The notes beneath the pieces were generated by a model that saw only the letters and a list, made by a program, of their open reading frames with translations, searched no databases and was not told the DNA's origin. Source: Paecilomyces variotii (taxonomy: Eukaryota). Taken from it: DNA of 64,000 nucleotides. Positions 1 to 12,291 of the stretch are shown piece by piece. The first letter of the stretch is position 1, and the number at the start of each line of letters is the position of its first letter. Where the stretch lies: assembly GCA_004022145.1 (NCBI GenBank), contig RCNU01000003.1. One strand, given 5' to 3'. The position numbers and the translations under genes are program-made.

Positions 1-98
1 AGGTGTCGCGCGAATTGCGTGAACAGGTAAAATGACGTAGCAGCTCCCGCGAAGGTCAGCGCATCCGTTACTGAAGAAGGGACCTTGATCGTTGTCAT
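1..98 (-). CDS. 5' end of a gene running off the window; N-terminal hydrophobic anchor, possibly a membrane-anchored short-chain dehydrogenase
   Basis: ATG at 98 opens MTTIKVPSSVTDALTFAGAATSFYLFTQFARH with no stop to the window edge; TATAAT about 50 nt upstream. Too short to assign a family. Confidence 0.35.
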   Translation of the reverse strand, partial: MTTIKVPSSVTDALTFAGAATSFYLFTQFARH

Positions 99-743
99 TA
101 TGTCGTTCCTTTTTGGAAGTGACTATATCAATTTCCTCCGCAACAAAATTATACCAGTCAATTTTGTCGAGCAGTCGGGTTAATTTGAAGCGTACGATTC
201 AGTCCTTGGTTGAATCTTCTGTTCGGAGGAACGAGACATCGTTTGGCCGATCACAACATTCTCCAGCATACTTATGCCGAGCCGCACCACAATGACGCTT
301 CCACTAACAAGAAGTCTTCTGGTAGAGGGTTTAGGAGGATGCGAAGGCTCGAATCACAGGCTGGCATGCTCTGTTTCTTCCCTTCATTAGGTAAATGCAG
401 GACACTACGAGCCTGTGCGTTCTTGTCATCGCGGAGTGTATCACAGGTGAAACCGCCAGCCGCGTGTTCGCGACATCAACCATCGGATTTTCTTTGATCG
501 ACTTGGCGGCATTTAACCAAATAATGAAGAGCTCGAACATCGTTTCATCTCTGCCAAGTTTCTAAAGTTATCCTAGCCGAGTTTCGCAGCTGTTAAGCAA
601 ATTTGACCCGAATGCGAGAATTGCCTGTCGATTTGAAGTCTATCACATGAGATCCAATGACCTAGAATATACTATATAATGGCATCAACATGGCATCAAC
701 ACAGCAGATTTCCTTTGGTAGATCTACCTAATAGTCGCCGCCC

Positions 744-2102
744 TCAAAGCTCGGCTTCCACGACACCCTCAGACACCCCGTCGTCAGGATAGTAGACACC
801 GGAGACCTTAAGACCAGCTTCCACAAGGAGCTCCCGCCATTGTGCTTCAGTTCTCTCTCTGGTGCCGCAGAGGGTCATCATGTTGAAGTCCTGGGTCACC
901 ATCCAAGTGCCAGCGTGACGCTGCGGCACAATCAGCTCATGGATAAAGAGTCTGGAGTACCCCGGCTTCATCGCCTTAGCAAGTTGGGAAAGAATGGTAA
1001 CGCATTTCTCATGAGGCCAGTTGTGCAGACACTGGCGTATATAATATGCGCGAGCCCCCTTAATTGGTTGCTCGGTCAAGAAATCATGGGCCTGGTATTC
1101 GATGTCTTCGACTTTGGGCGCGTGCTCAATTGTATCAGGGAGGTCTTGGACGATAAAGCGTCCAGGCAAATCCGGCACTGCTCGTTTAAGCGCAATGGCT
1201 TTCTGACCGTAGCCGCCACCGACATCGACAAACATAACTGTCTCTGGGTCGAAGTTTTGGGCCAATTTCTCCTTAACAGGGTATAAATCCTGGATGAGAG
1301 AGTTATCCTCACCCCACGTATTCATCATGACCCCGAAGCCACGAGCAATTTCCGGACGAGCCATCAATATTTCTAGAATGCCTTGACCCTGGGCTTCAAA
1401 TGCTTGCTGCACAGCGGTATTGTTAGGATCAGTCGGGTCTGCAAATTTGATTGAAGACAGGAAATCTGGAAGGGCCTGGTATGTGAGATTCAAGAATGTG
1501 GCACTAGATTCCTATCTCAGTATCTTCTTTCCTGAACATTCAGGTATCCCTTACCAGTGGTCCAAACTATCCGCAAAAGTCTGGTTAGCAAACAGCTCAT
1601 AAGACGGTGCAAAGGCATATCCGTCTTCGTTGACTTCTAGAATGGCGCCAAATGCCGCCAAGGCACGCAAGACCCGAGCTAGATTTATGTTAGTTATCGC
1701 AGAAAGATTTCATCGATGGATTGTCATAGTCTCACCGAGCAGAACTTCATCTGCACCAGTTGCTGCCGCCAGTTCTTTCAGGGTCTTAGGCCCGTTACTT
1801 TCCTTGAGAACTCGAAAGAGCCCCAGACGAGATGCAACGCGTACTGTAAGTTGTTCAATAGGCTAGGTATGGATTGTCAGTTTGGATACATGCAGTTACA
1901 CAAGCATCAATGTGGATGGGCATACTTGAGAAAGAAATAGACGAGCGACAACATCTGCAGGTTTTTCCAGTGACAGTACCACTTTATTTGCTGCGTGCGA
2001 GATTCTCGCTGCTTGGCCTGGTTCCTTTTCCAACTCCGCAGGAGGGCTCTCAGCGAAGGCTTCAAGCTCCTCAAGCAGCTCTTGCGGAGTAAGCCTGGGC
2101 AT
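744..2102 (-). CDS. SAM-dependent O-methyltransferase (Methyltransf_2 type), 4 exons
   Basis: Motifs VDVGGGYG, VQDLP, HDF, YYIRQCLHNW and RERTEAQW. N-terminal exons MPRLTPQELL... joined through GT-AG introns at about 1925-1863, 1735-1679 and 1554-1504. Confidence 0.92.
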
Positions 2103-3445
2103 AATGTCACGCTATTGATATTCAGGGCGTTTTATTGCAGAAGAAGGCAATGGAGAGTAGAAGCCACGAACTGTGTCTTCACTGGATTAATATATACAAG
2201 AAGCGGCCTTGTTAATATTCAGTCGTTTAAAAGAGGGCAAGTGCTCTGGAAAGATAATTTACCCCTCCAACAACTGAATGGCATCACAACAGTCCTCCCG
2301 GCTCATAAGCACTAGCGTAAGGCGACCACCGGGCGGCCCATACGAACCTTTGCGCACAGATATCCTCGAATTCGAATCGAATCAGGGTCGATTCATGTCA
2401 TCACTGGTTGTCATCGAACATCTCAGAAGGGCGCCCAACCATGCACTCGACGACTACTCTAAACGCTGAGCATCGCTTGGTGCTTTTACCTATATCATTA
2501 TTATTGTCTCTAGAGTTCCTCATTCGACATGAGAAGCCACCGCGGCCTTGATCACTGATTTATTCTCTGTGGGGTTTCCCAGTTCAGCCTGGTTGTTGGG
2601 ATGGAATTCGTACTTGTATGAGTGTTTGTTTTTGGGAGCTGAAAGAAAGAAATTCACGGTTAGAGCCATGTATCTTGTAGAAACCTCAGGAAAGGGAAAA
2701 GAGAGATGATGTACGAAACAAGATATCAAAAAGTCTGCTAGACTGCTCGCTATTTTGAGAGCCATCGGGGTTTCTTGGTTTAAGTATGCTTCGGACCCCA
2801 TGAAGGTGGGTCAATATGACCATTACAGACACTTAGTAACAAGAAAGCTTTGATTCAACGTTTCAACTATAGGGTCGAGGTGTCTACTTTGAGCAATGGG
2901 TGATTTGGGACATTCAATAGTTAAATGGTAGGACTAAGTCTGCGAAGGGAGGTGCTGATGTATGTACCACACGACCCAATGTCCGGATGCCGATGTTAAA
3001 ATCCCAGTCATTTCGACAAATCAGTTCCGGTGGACATAAGGCTCTGGATGTTACCGACCACTGATCGCATTGCTGACTCTCCACAGCTAGCAAGATACCT
3101 AAGCTTTTTCATTGTAAGCTGCGAACTGGGATTGTAACAGATCTCCTACCACTATCAACACTATGGTGTAGCTACTGGCACCCTCTTACTATGACGTTGT
3201 TGAGTATGCATCTTTCATTATTTCTTTACGTACCTTTCTTCAAATCTTTCTACTTATATATAGTGTCACACATGGGACCTCTCCGCGATAGGATGTATCA
3301 TCGGCGACGGAGCGGCCGATGCATATCAAGACGCGATAAGAGCAACATGTCAGATAAGCCATTACCTATTTATCACTGAACCTCAATGCGCAGGGCATTA
3401 ATGTCTTTGAAATATTCCTCATCTGAGCGCTGGTAAAGAGTAGAA

Positions 3446-5067
3446 ATGATTTCTTTAATCGGGCATGTTATACTCTCGATCCTTTACATTGCGCTTGGGG
3501 CACAAAGCGAGTCGACGCTCAATGTTGGTCCACATTTTAAGTACAAGATTGAAGGTACATGTTCATATAATCATTGAATTGGCTCACCGTTGTTGACAGT
3601 CATCATTGGATCTTCACAGATTTGTCCGTAGACCTTCCATTTTCCCAACCAGTAACGTTTGCGCATTTGGAATGGCAGAGATGTCTTGCGCACTCTCATA
3701 ACGAGGTATATGGGATTTGCAACGGATCCACAAATGCGTTCAGAGACTAAGAGATTGAAAGCCTCTTGACATAGCTATATTGGGTTTCCCATACGACACG
3801 TCGACATCTTACCGTCCTGGTGCGAGATTTGGACCTCGCGGTATCCGTGCAGCTTCGTCGCGAGAAAAAAAGGGTCGAAGCTATAATTCACCATGGGGTG
3901 TCGATCCTTTCGAGCAAGGGCTTACCATTGTGAGTTTCCTACAGACCTTCAGAGGGCACTTTGCTAATTCCTGGAATAGATTGATTGTGGCGATATACCT
4001 ATTACACCGTTCGATGCAGAGCATGCGTTCAAGCAGATGGAGCAAGGATATAGACAGATCTTGTATCACAAGACTAGTGATATCTCTGGTCAGTCCCTTC
4101 CACTAATTTTCATAAAAACTCTTGACATTAATCACTCCATTCTAGATGGTTGGAAGCATCCCCGGATTCTTTCTCTCGGCGGTGACCATTCTATTGTGCT
4201 TCCAATTCTCCGTAGTTTGAAGACTGTATATGGCCCAATATCTGTCATCCATTTGGATTCTCATCTCGATACGTAGGTCCCCAGGGCTGACCCCAACATG
4301 GCGTTTCCTCTATATCGTGATTGACAACAGGTCCTTTTCAGTGGCTAATGTGGATATGCAGGTGGGATCCCTATGAGGGCTACATTGGAATCGCCTCGAA
4401 TCAGTCTGCCATAACACATGGGACATTCTTCTGGCATGCTAGCCGTGAAGGATGTATCAGCAAAGGCACAAGCGTCCATGGTGGTTTACGGACAAAGCTT
4501 TTCGTGAGTAGCTAGCTGAGTATAGTATCATTGAAGCGTTTCATTGCTGATATTGGCGCTATTCAAGTCATCCAAGGACTACGAGATCGATCAGGACGTG
4601 GGTTTCACGTTGATCGAGGCTCAAGAGATCGATGACATTGGTGTGAAGGGCATTGTAAACAAAGTCCGTACTACTGTGGGAGACACGCCAACGTACCTCA
4701 GTATTGATATCGACGGTAAGCAAGCTTGTCTTTTGGTCCATGTCGCTCCATCAAATCGTCTACCGTTCATCTTTTGGGACCATCGTGCTGAGAGATAATG
4801 GCAGTTTTGGATCCTTCCATTGCGCCAGCTACTGGTACTCCCGAATCAGGAGGCTGGACAACGCGCGAATTGAAACGCTTCATCAAGGGTCTTGAAGGTG
4901 TTCATCTAGTAGGCGCCGACGTGGTCGAGGTCTCTCCGCCGTACGACACTGTAGCGGAAACAACTAGCATTGCCGCTGCTGATCTTCTGGTGGATATTTT
5001 GGCATTGATGGCAAATGATAAGGACTTTGGGGGAGACGTGAGGGGTACCATGAAAGATGAGTTGTAG
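3446..5067 (+). CDS. Ureohydrolase (agmatinase/guanidinobutyrase-like, arginase family) with signal peptide and C-terminal KDEL; about 8 exons
   Basis: Motifs [48 protein letters not shown] and [12 protein letters not shown] lie on successive exons. ATG 3446 gives [21 protein letters not shown]; the protein ends MKDEL-stop. Confidence 0.92.
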
Positions 5068-7231
5068 GAGCAACGGTAACTATGTCTGGCATGCGAGAGG
5101 TCCTTGCCAACAGTTTCCCTATCAAGAACATCATGAAAATTTCAGACGGGCCCTCTTATGCGGCATACAGAGCAATAATAGCAATCGAAACTTAAGACAT
5201 GCTGCTTATTTAGGGCAACCAGTTCTGGTTGAGTAAGAATTTGACATACGTCATCGGCGACCCGAGTGCCTCGCAGATATACTCTACCTAATATATAGGC
5301 GTTTATTGCCAGAAGTACCATTTCCAGAAGCCATATTCCCGGACAATGCAATTAAAACTGGTCAAAAATATTCTCTGATCTCGCATGATAGATAGAAATA
5401 CTATCAAAGAATAAGTTAGCTCGCAGGGCGTTTTCTTTGTCCAACTGATTCCCCTTTCACAGACAATCTTACTGTGTAACACTTCTGACCGCTCTTGAAA
5501 TTTGAACGCCAGAATTAGGCTACTGATCTAGTACAACGTCGCTCAGACCTAGAGGAGAAAAGCCCTCTAGGTATGTCGGCACAGCATTGGTGATTCGGGC
5601 AAGGGTGTAGTCTGCTCCAGCGAAGTCGAGTTATGCCATAGCGAAAGAGCTTTAATCGCGGAACAGAGAAAGATCCACGGCTGGGGCCTCTTTGGGCCCA
5701 AATGACCCTGTGAATCGATCCTGAATCCCTACGTCTGTATACAATTCCGATACAAGAGCAGACCTGGATGTTGTGCGGAATCGGGAAAGTGGGGACAGCT
5801 GCCGCTTCTGCCAAGCCCGTCGGCAGCCAATTGAAGCACCACCACGTTTAATCGTATCACGACGTCTCGGCCTGTTGCAAACTGCCGGCTTCTTAGTGAC
5901 GGCTTCTCTGGTTCAATTCTTTTTACTGACCTCAATATTCCTGTCTAACCCATTCCTGTAGTGGTTGGACTGCTGCACCTTTAGAAATCCTCAGGCTCAG
6001 CAAACAGAATCTCCACCGGTGAAGGCATTTAATACCCGCCGCCTTGTCCGTGTCACCCGCTTTCCAGCTCTGTGGATGATATGCAGGGATATCCTTGAGA
6101 TAGTCTGTATGATCATTCTAGTAGGCTTCTCTGGCTGTTCCATACACGTGTATCTTGGAAGCTCCTGTCTTTCGGCCATGAGTGGACATACCTGAGCAGC
6201 TGTGTTTTGCTTTTTGCGTACATCTCACCAATCACGTACACTGATCGTCTCGGCGACATCGTCGTCCACACAACAAGCCTGATTCTTCAAAGACGGCTGG
6301 GGAATTTGCCGCCGTGATTTGCTCTAAGCTTTCTTCACCTTCCCAGGCACAGGACGTTCTTGGAAGAAGACACAGCCTTGGACCATCCAGCTTCCCTTCT
6401 CCACACCTGCTTCACGCACTCAAAATCCTTCCGGCCAACAGCATCATCTAGCGGTATGTCTATCTCTGGTTCCGCCACGTATTGGATCTTCTGTCCTTGA
6501 TATAGCTCCTTGATGGGCCTTGCTGATATGATCCGCATGAGAAAGCTCTCGACAGGTCGTCTTGACTGGCGTTTGGACTCGCGAGCACGAGACAGATAGC
6601 ATAATGGAGGTAAGCGATCATGTTCAAACCCGTCTCTTGGTTTCTGTTATCTGTTTTATTCCTTTTTTTCGAGCCTCCATCGAACCTTTTATTATTGGTG
6701 CCTGGGTTGCTGTCCTGTACCCGCGCGTACCGCCAGCGGATCCACGTTGATTGATGGGGTATTCCTATCTCTGATAAGCCTGTGATTCCCTTTACGGACT
6801 TTTGTCTTTGCATCTGTGGTACTTTCCTCTAAGGCTTGACCTCGCGAGGAGCGTTGACGAGTCTTCCCATGGGCTGGCGCGTGTTCTCCTGATCTCCTTG
6901 TTTCTTCGTTTGCGTTTGTGCCTCGAGAGCCTTCTTCATCCAGTTGCTAGAAGCGAGACCTTTGCGTTGTGAGAAAACTCTCATGTCGCCGTCAAGTGCA
7001 AAGGTCATGATGTTAAGTGCTCCTTTGAGGCTACAGCCATTTGACATCTTGTCACGGCAACCCGGAGTTGCCAGCACGTGATGCGTATGGGAGTATTCAC
7101 GACAAAGATCCTCAGTCTTGCTAGTGTTATAACTGTCTGAAAGCAAGCTACACTCTTCTTTCCACTGTCCATACCCTTATCTACAATCACACCCCCCTCC
7201 TGAGTGGCTGTTCGCTGGTCTGTTCGCTGGT

Positions 7232-8614
7232 ATGTGGCCATCCAGGATGCCAATACCCCCGGCGCATCTAAACCGCAGGAAGGTGTTGCCGGGTCCAGAA
7301 CGTCACATCTACTCAGATACTTCCCTCTTGCATGGAGAGCCCCCAGAAGTCAAGACAGGTGCACAGCTAAGCCTTGAGGAAACCTTACAGGGATCGAGCT
7401 CCAATCAAGCCCTAGCGCAGCCAGGGCAAGCCAAACCTGGCCAGCTCGCTGGACACCCGAAGCTACGTGATACGAAACCGCGTCTTCTGTTGATGGGACT
7501 TCGCAGGTAAGACCAAGGGTGTGGATATGTTCTGAGTATGGCAAGGGCTGATCCCCACCAGGAGCGGCAAGTCGTCTATATCCAGCGTGGTCTTCCATAA
7601 GATGCCGCCTACTGAAACTCTGTTCCTGGAATCGACTACTCGTATTCAGAAAGACTCTATCCAGTAAGTATGTATGATCCTTATGTGCACTCCCATGCTA
7701 ACTGGTATAGCTCTTTCATGGACTTCCAGGTCTGGGACTTTCCGGGACAGCTGGAGTATCTCGAGCCCTCTTTCGATCTTGAAGACATCTTTGGCTCACT
7801 GGGAGCTCTGGTCTGGGTCATCGATGCTCAGGACGACTACTTGGACTCGGTCGCACGTTTGAACCGCACCATCTTGACTGTCCAGCAGTACTACCCTAAC
7901 ATCAACATCGAAGTCTTCATTCACAAGGTCGACGGCCTTTCTGACGAATACCGCACCGATACTTTCCAGGATATCGTTCAGCGTATCTCAGACGAACTTA
8001 GCGATGCTGGCTATGAGAACGCCCCAGTCCATTACTACCTCACTTCCATCTATGACTACTCGGTTTTCGAAGCGTTCAGCAAGGTCATCCAGAAACTGAT
8101 CCCTCAGCTCTCAACTTTGGAGAACCTGATCAACATCCTTGTCAATAACTGCGGATTCGAAAAAACCTACCTTTTCGACGTTCTCAGCAAAATCTACATT
8201 GCATCAGACACTCGTCCGGTCGACATGGCATGCTACGAGATGTGCTCCGACTACATCGATGTCATTGTTGACATCTCGGAGCTCTACTCCTGGGACCACC
8301 CGGACCGCAAGCCAAAGGGCGACCAGATGCGCGAGGCAGAGAGTCACGTGATGCTCCATGACGGGAGCATGATTCATCTCATGGAGATGAACAAGTAGGT
8401 CTCCCTTCTGTATTCCTATTTCCTCTTCAAGATCATGTTCGTACTGACTCTGTCCAGGTACCTCTGCCTCGTCTCCGTCATCCGCAACCCGGAGGCGGGC
8501 GACAAGAAGGGTCTGATCGACATGAACTGTCGGACCTTCCAGAATGCCCTCAATGAGGTCTTCTCCCGGAGCTGGGAGCAAGACGGAGAGGGAGAAGCAG
8601 TTCAGCAGGAGTGA
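7232..8614 (+). CDS. GTR2: Rag C/D small GTPase (TORC1 regulator), 4 exons; start codon uncertain
   Basis: [15 protein letters not shown]-loop, FLESTT, WDFPGQ, FIHKVDG and LTSIYD; roadblock C-terminal domain ending ...EAVQQE-TGA at 8612-8614. Confidence 0.95.
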
Positions 8615-9635
8615 ACGGGCCCCCGAAATGGGGAAGAAACCGGCCGGTGGTGTAGTTTGGTACGGCACGGAGACGTCGCTGTCAGAAAGGACACGCGATG
8701 AATGTCGGGTCTCGTACCTGGCGCTCGTCGCGTGTCCTTTCTGGCAATGTTTCCTCCGTGCCGTACCTTAACACCGTTTTGGATGGCCCCCCGTGGCCTG
8801 GTTTAAATGTATTATTTGAAACGACAATACCAATTTGCTTTTTTTTACTCAGGCATTGTAGTGCTATAATTTCAGATGGTAGTCTTGCACAGTCCTTCGA
8901 AGCGTGCCCCTACGATATCGGAAGATAGGAATGCTGCCCCGACTGCGACAGGAGCTGGCAACCAAAATCAACCTAAGGCCTTGAGTGCTCTCTACTAAGC
9001 TTCCGCCTACGTCTCTCCCTGAAGGAACACAAGGCGTAAGAAGGCAGACTCTCGAGATAGCAACTAGAGATAAGAACACAGATTCTTGAACCCCAACATG
9101 TAATACCAGTCATCATATACCATACGAGCAACCAGGCAGGTCAAGTCATCCATCACCCCCATTATCTAGTCATCTCAATACCAGGAAGAGTTAACTAACT
9201 ATACTTAAATATCTCTATTCCTCTTTCCCCCCTTTTCAAGTTCCTTTTCAAGTATTATTTCCCCTCCCCTATTCAGGCCATAAAGACTATATCAATAACG
9301 TAAAAGAAACCACTTCCCCCTTTCAAACCAACCTCATAACACATACAAAGAATGTCTGTGCACAGAATATTCTAATTCAGTTACGTACAATAGATAGATA
9401 GATCTAATACCTCATTGTCCTACAAACCACCTAACGAACCAACGAATCAATAATCATCTATCAGTTCGCATTTTTGCAGATTGATCCTCTCCTCTCTTCT
9501 CCTATTATTCCAGTTAATCAAAAAAACACACCTACTATCCTAAAACAATCACTAGACTATTATTATTATTAACTTAGGTAGTGTACTTCTCTCCCTACGC
9601 GGGGTAATTTTTCCTCTTAGTACAAGTCTACAAGA

Positions 9636-10000
9636 TACCTAGGTAGTTAGTAAATAATCTTAAACTAATAACTACCACAGGAGGTTACAGTACTAGGTAT
9701 TTACCCCGCTAACCAACCCTCAACTGTGGACATCGCCAAGAAAAGGGAAGAAACAGAAAAAGAGTTGGAGCTTGGAGCTTGGAGCTAGCTTTGCCGATTA
9801 TTGAAAGTTGTTGGGCACTCCGCACCGGGGTGGGTTTTTCTTCTTTTCCCCTCTCTTGTTGCTTGCTGCGGCTAGTTAGCTTACCTTACTTTTACTCCTC
9901 CCCCGCGTTTTTGGGGGGTTGCGCACAGCGCACTAGGTCGGGTAGGCTGGGGTATTTCCGTAGTTAGTTAGCGAACTATTATTTACTGCATACCTAGGTA
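9636..10000. repeat. Imperfect inverted repeat with (TTGGAGC)x3 between the arms
   Basis: 9636-9658 TACCTAGGTAgttAGTAAATAAT versus the reverse complement of 9978-10000 TACCTAGGTAtgcAGTAAATAAT (20/23). TTGGAGC tandem at 9765-9785. Confidence 0.55.
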
Positions 10001-10310
10001 GGTAATAGGTTTTTGGACGGGATTTGGGATTTTTTTTTGGAGGTCGTGATGGGATTTGGATAAGGTTAGTTAGTTTGTTTATTGTATAGTAAGTAGTCAA
10101 GTACGTACAGGGTGAGGATGGTGATATCCTTCGGGGATTTACCTACGCTTGGGAAACGACGATGAGATTAACTCGATAGAAGTATTTGAGTATTCCCAAT
10201 CTGCTGATTTAAGATATCCTACGCATTGTAATGCTATTGATTTTACCGTTGAGCGCTATCGAAACTATATAATATTCTACATACGTTTCAGATACGGCAA
10301 ATGGGGTAAG

Positions 10311-10354
10311 ATATATATATATATATACATATATATATATGTGTGTGTGTGTGT
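10311..10354. repeat. Compound (AT)n(GT)n microsatellite
   Basis: atatatatatatatatacatatatatatatgtgtgtgtgtgtgt read directly. Confidence 0.9.
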
Positions 10355-10832
10355 AACTAAAATTCCACACGACGCGAATACTCTGCAGTATGCCGCAATC
10401 AAATAGCGCATGATATACATACATGTGTATGTATGTTTGGTTATAAACTGCAGAAATAAACCTGGCACCCTGCATTAATGGGAATTCCATGTCCCTGTAC
10501 ACTACATGTTGCTCACGTGCTTCAAAGCGATATGGCAGGCGAGGTTGGTAGCTTACTAAGGGTGGATCCAGGGTGACAAACCAACTAGGGAATGGCTGTG
10601 GAGAAATCAATAATAACGATAGTGGAGACTACATAGGAAAAACAGAATTTTTAAAGATTATTTGATCTGTTCAATTTCTATATGTATATATATAATAATA
10701 ATAGTTCATGAATCAGTGGGCCCCCTTCGATCTCTACTATCGAGTGCTCAGGATGAAATTCCCAAAGTCCAGTCCAGTGGAAGGTCGTTAACGGGTCATG
10801 ATATATTTAGAAAGAGGTCACGCTCAGGGCAT

Positions 10833-12291
10833 TTAAGCCTTGTTGCGCTGACCGTAGGCCCTGGTGACGTAGTCACCCTTGTGGACGATCAGGTCCTGGG
10901 GGCGGTAGTCCTCACGGCCGGAGAAGTAGCTGTCCAGGATAGCCTTGGTACCCTCCGCGTAGCGGATCTGGGCATCGATCGAGGTACCGGACATGTGGGG
11001 AGTCATGGCGTTGCCGCCGCCCCACGGGCCCTGGACGTAGCGCAGAGGGTGGTCCTTGGGAGCGGGCTGGGGGAACCAGACGTCACCACCGTATCCGCGG
11101 AGGTGGCCGGACTTGATGGCCTCAGCAACGTCCTCCTTGACGACGATGGCGCCACGGGCGGTGTTGACGAGCCAGGAGCCCTTCTTCATCTTGGAAATGA
11201 GGTCCTTGTTGAAGAGACCGCGAGTCTTCTCGTGGAGAGGGCAGTTGATGGTGACGACGTCGCACTGGGCGAGCATCTCCTCGAGGTTCTCGACACGGCG
11301 GCAGCCGATCTCCTTCTCGACCTCGGGGCTAAGGGGCTGGTAGTCGTAGTAGAGGAGCTCCTTGCAGTCGAAGGGCTTCAGACGGCGCAGGACACGCTCA
11401 CCGATACGGCCGACAGCGACGGTACCGACGACCTTGCCCTCGAGGTCGAACTCGTTCTTGGCGACAGCGGCAACATCCCACTCGCCCTTGACGATCTGCT
11501 CGTGGGCGGGGACGAAGTTGCGGACGAGAGTCAGGATGGTCATGACAACGTGCTCAGCGACGGAGACGACGTTGCAGCCAGTGACCTCAGCGACGGTGAT
11601 GCCGCCGTTGGTCTTGTTGGCGGCATTGAGGTCGACGTGGTCGGAACCGACACCAGCGGTGACGGCAATCTTGAGCTTCTTGGCCTTGGCCAGACGCTCA
11701 GCGGTCAGGTAACCGGGGTGGAAGCTGTTGTAAAAAGCAATTAGATGAGTTGATGTTCCAGTTTGAGAGAAAGGGGTCGACAGGAGAGAACACTTACGGA
11801 GTGGTGATGATGACCTCGGCGTCAACGAGCTCCTTGTCGAAGGTGGAGTTCTCACCATCCTTGTCGGAGGTGGTGACGAGGGTGTGGCCCTGGTCCTCGA
11901 GCCACTTGCGGATACCAAGCTCGTTCTCGGTGGTACCGAGCAGACCGGGCTGGTCTTTGGCGTGGACGCCACCCTGTTTGGCATTATTGTCAGCAATTGG
12001 GTTTGGGGAGAAGGTTGATGGTCAACCGCATTCGACACGAAAACTCGATGTTTTTCTCGCCGTCGACGTTCGGAATGACCGGTTGGCCATATAGATAGCG
12101 GTGGTTGGAGGTGATGGGTGACTTACGTCATAGAGGACCATAAGAATCTTGGCCTGTTGCGAGGCAGTAGCTGTTAGTGTGCGTACAGCAGAGAAAGGAG
12201 ACGCTGTCGGGCGCGCAAAGGCTGCCTTGGAGGACAGCAGCTGGGCAGCAGGACGCCGCAGCTGGCGGGAGAGAGAGTGGATAAATACCAT
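10833..12291 (-). CDS. fdh: NAD-dependent formate dehydrogenase (aciA/fdh)
   Basis: [61 protein letters not shown] and PHMSGT. Introns at 12288-12154 (optional, in frame), 12126-11974 and about 11796-11725. Confidence 0.97.

Noticed and set aside
10662-11744. 360-aa plus-strand ORF
   Set aside because: Antisense shadow of the strongly codon-biased fdh; no family motifs of its own.
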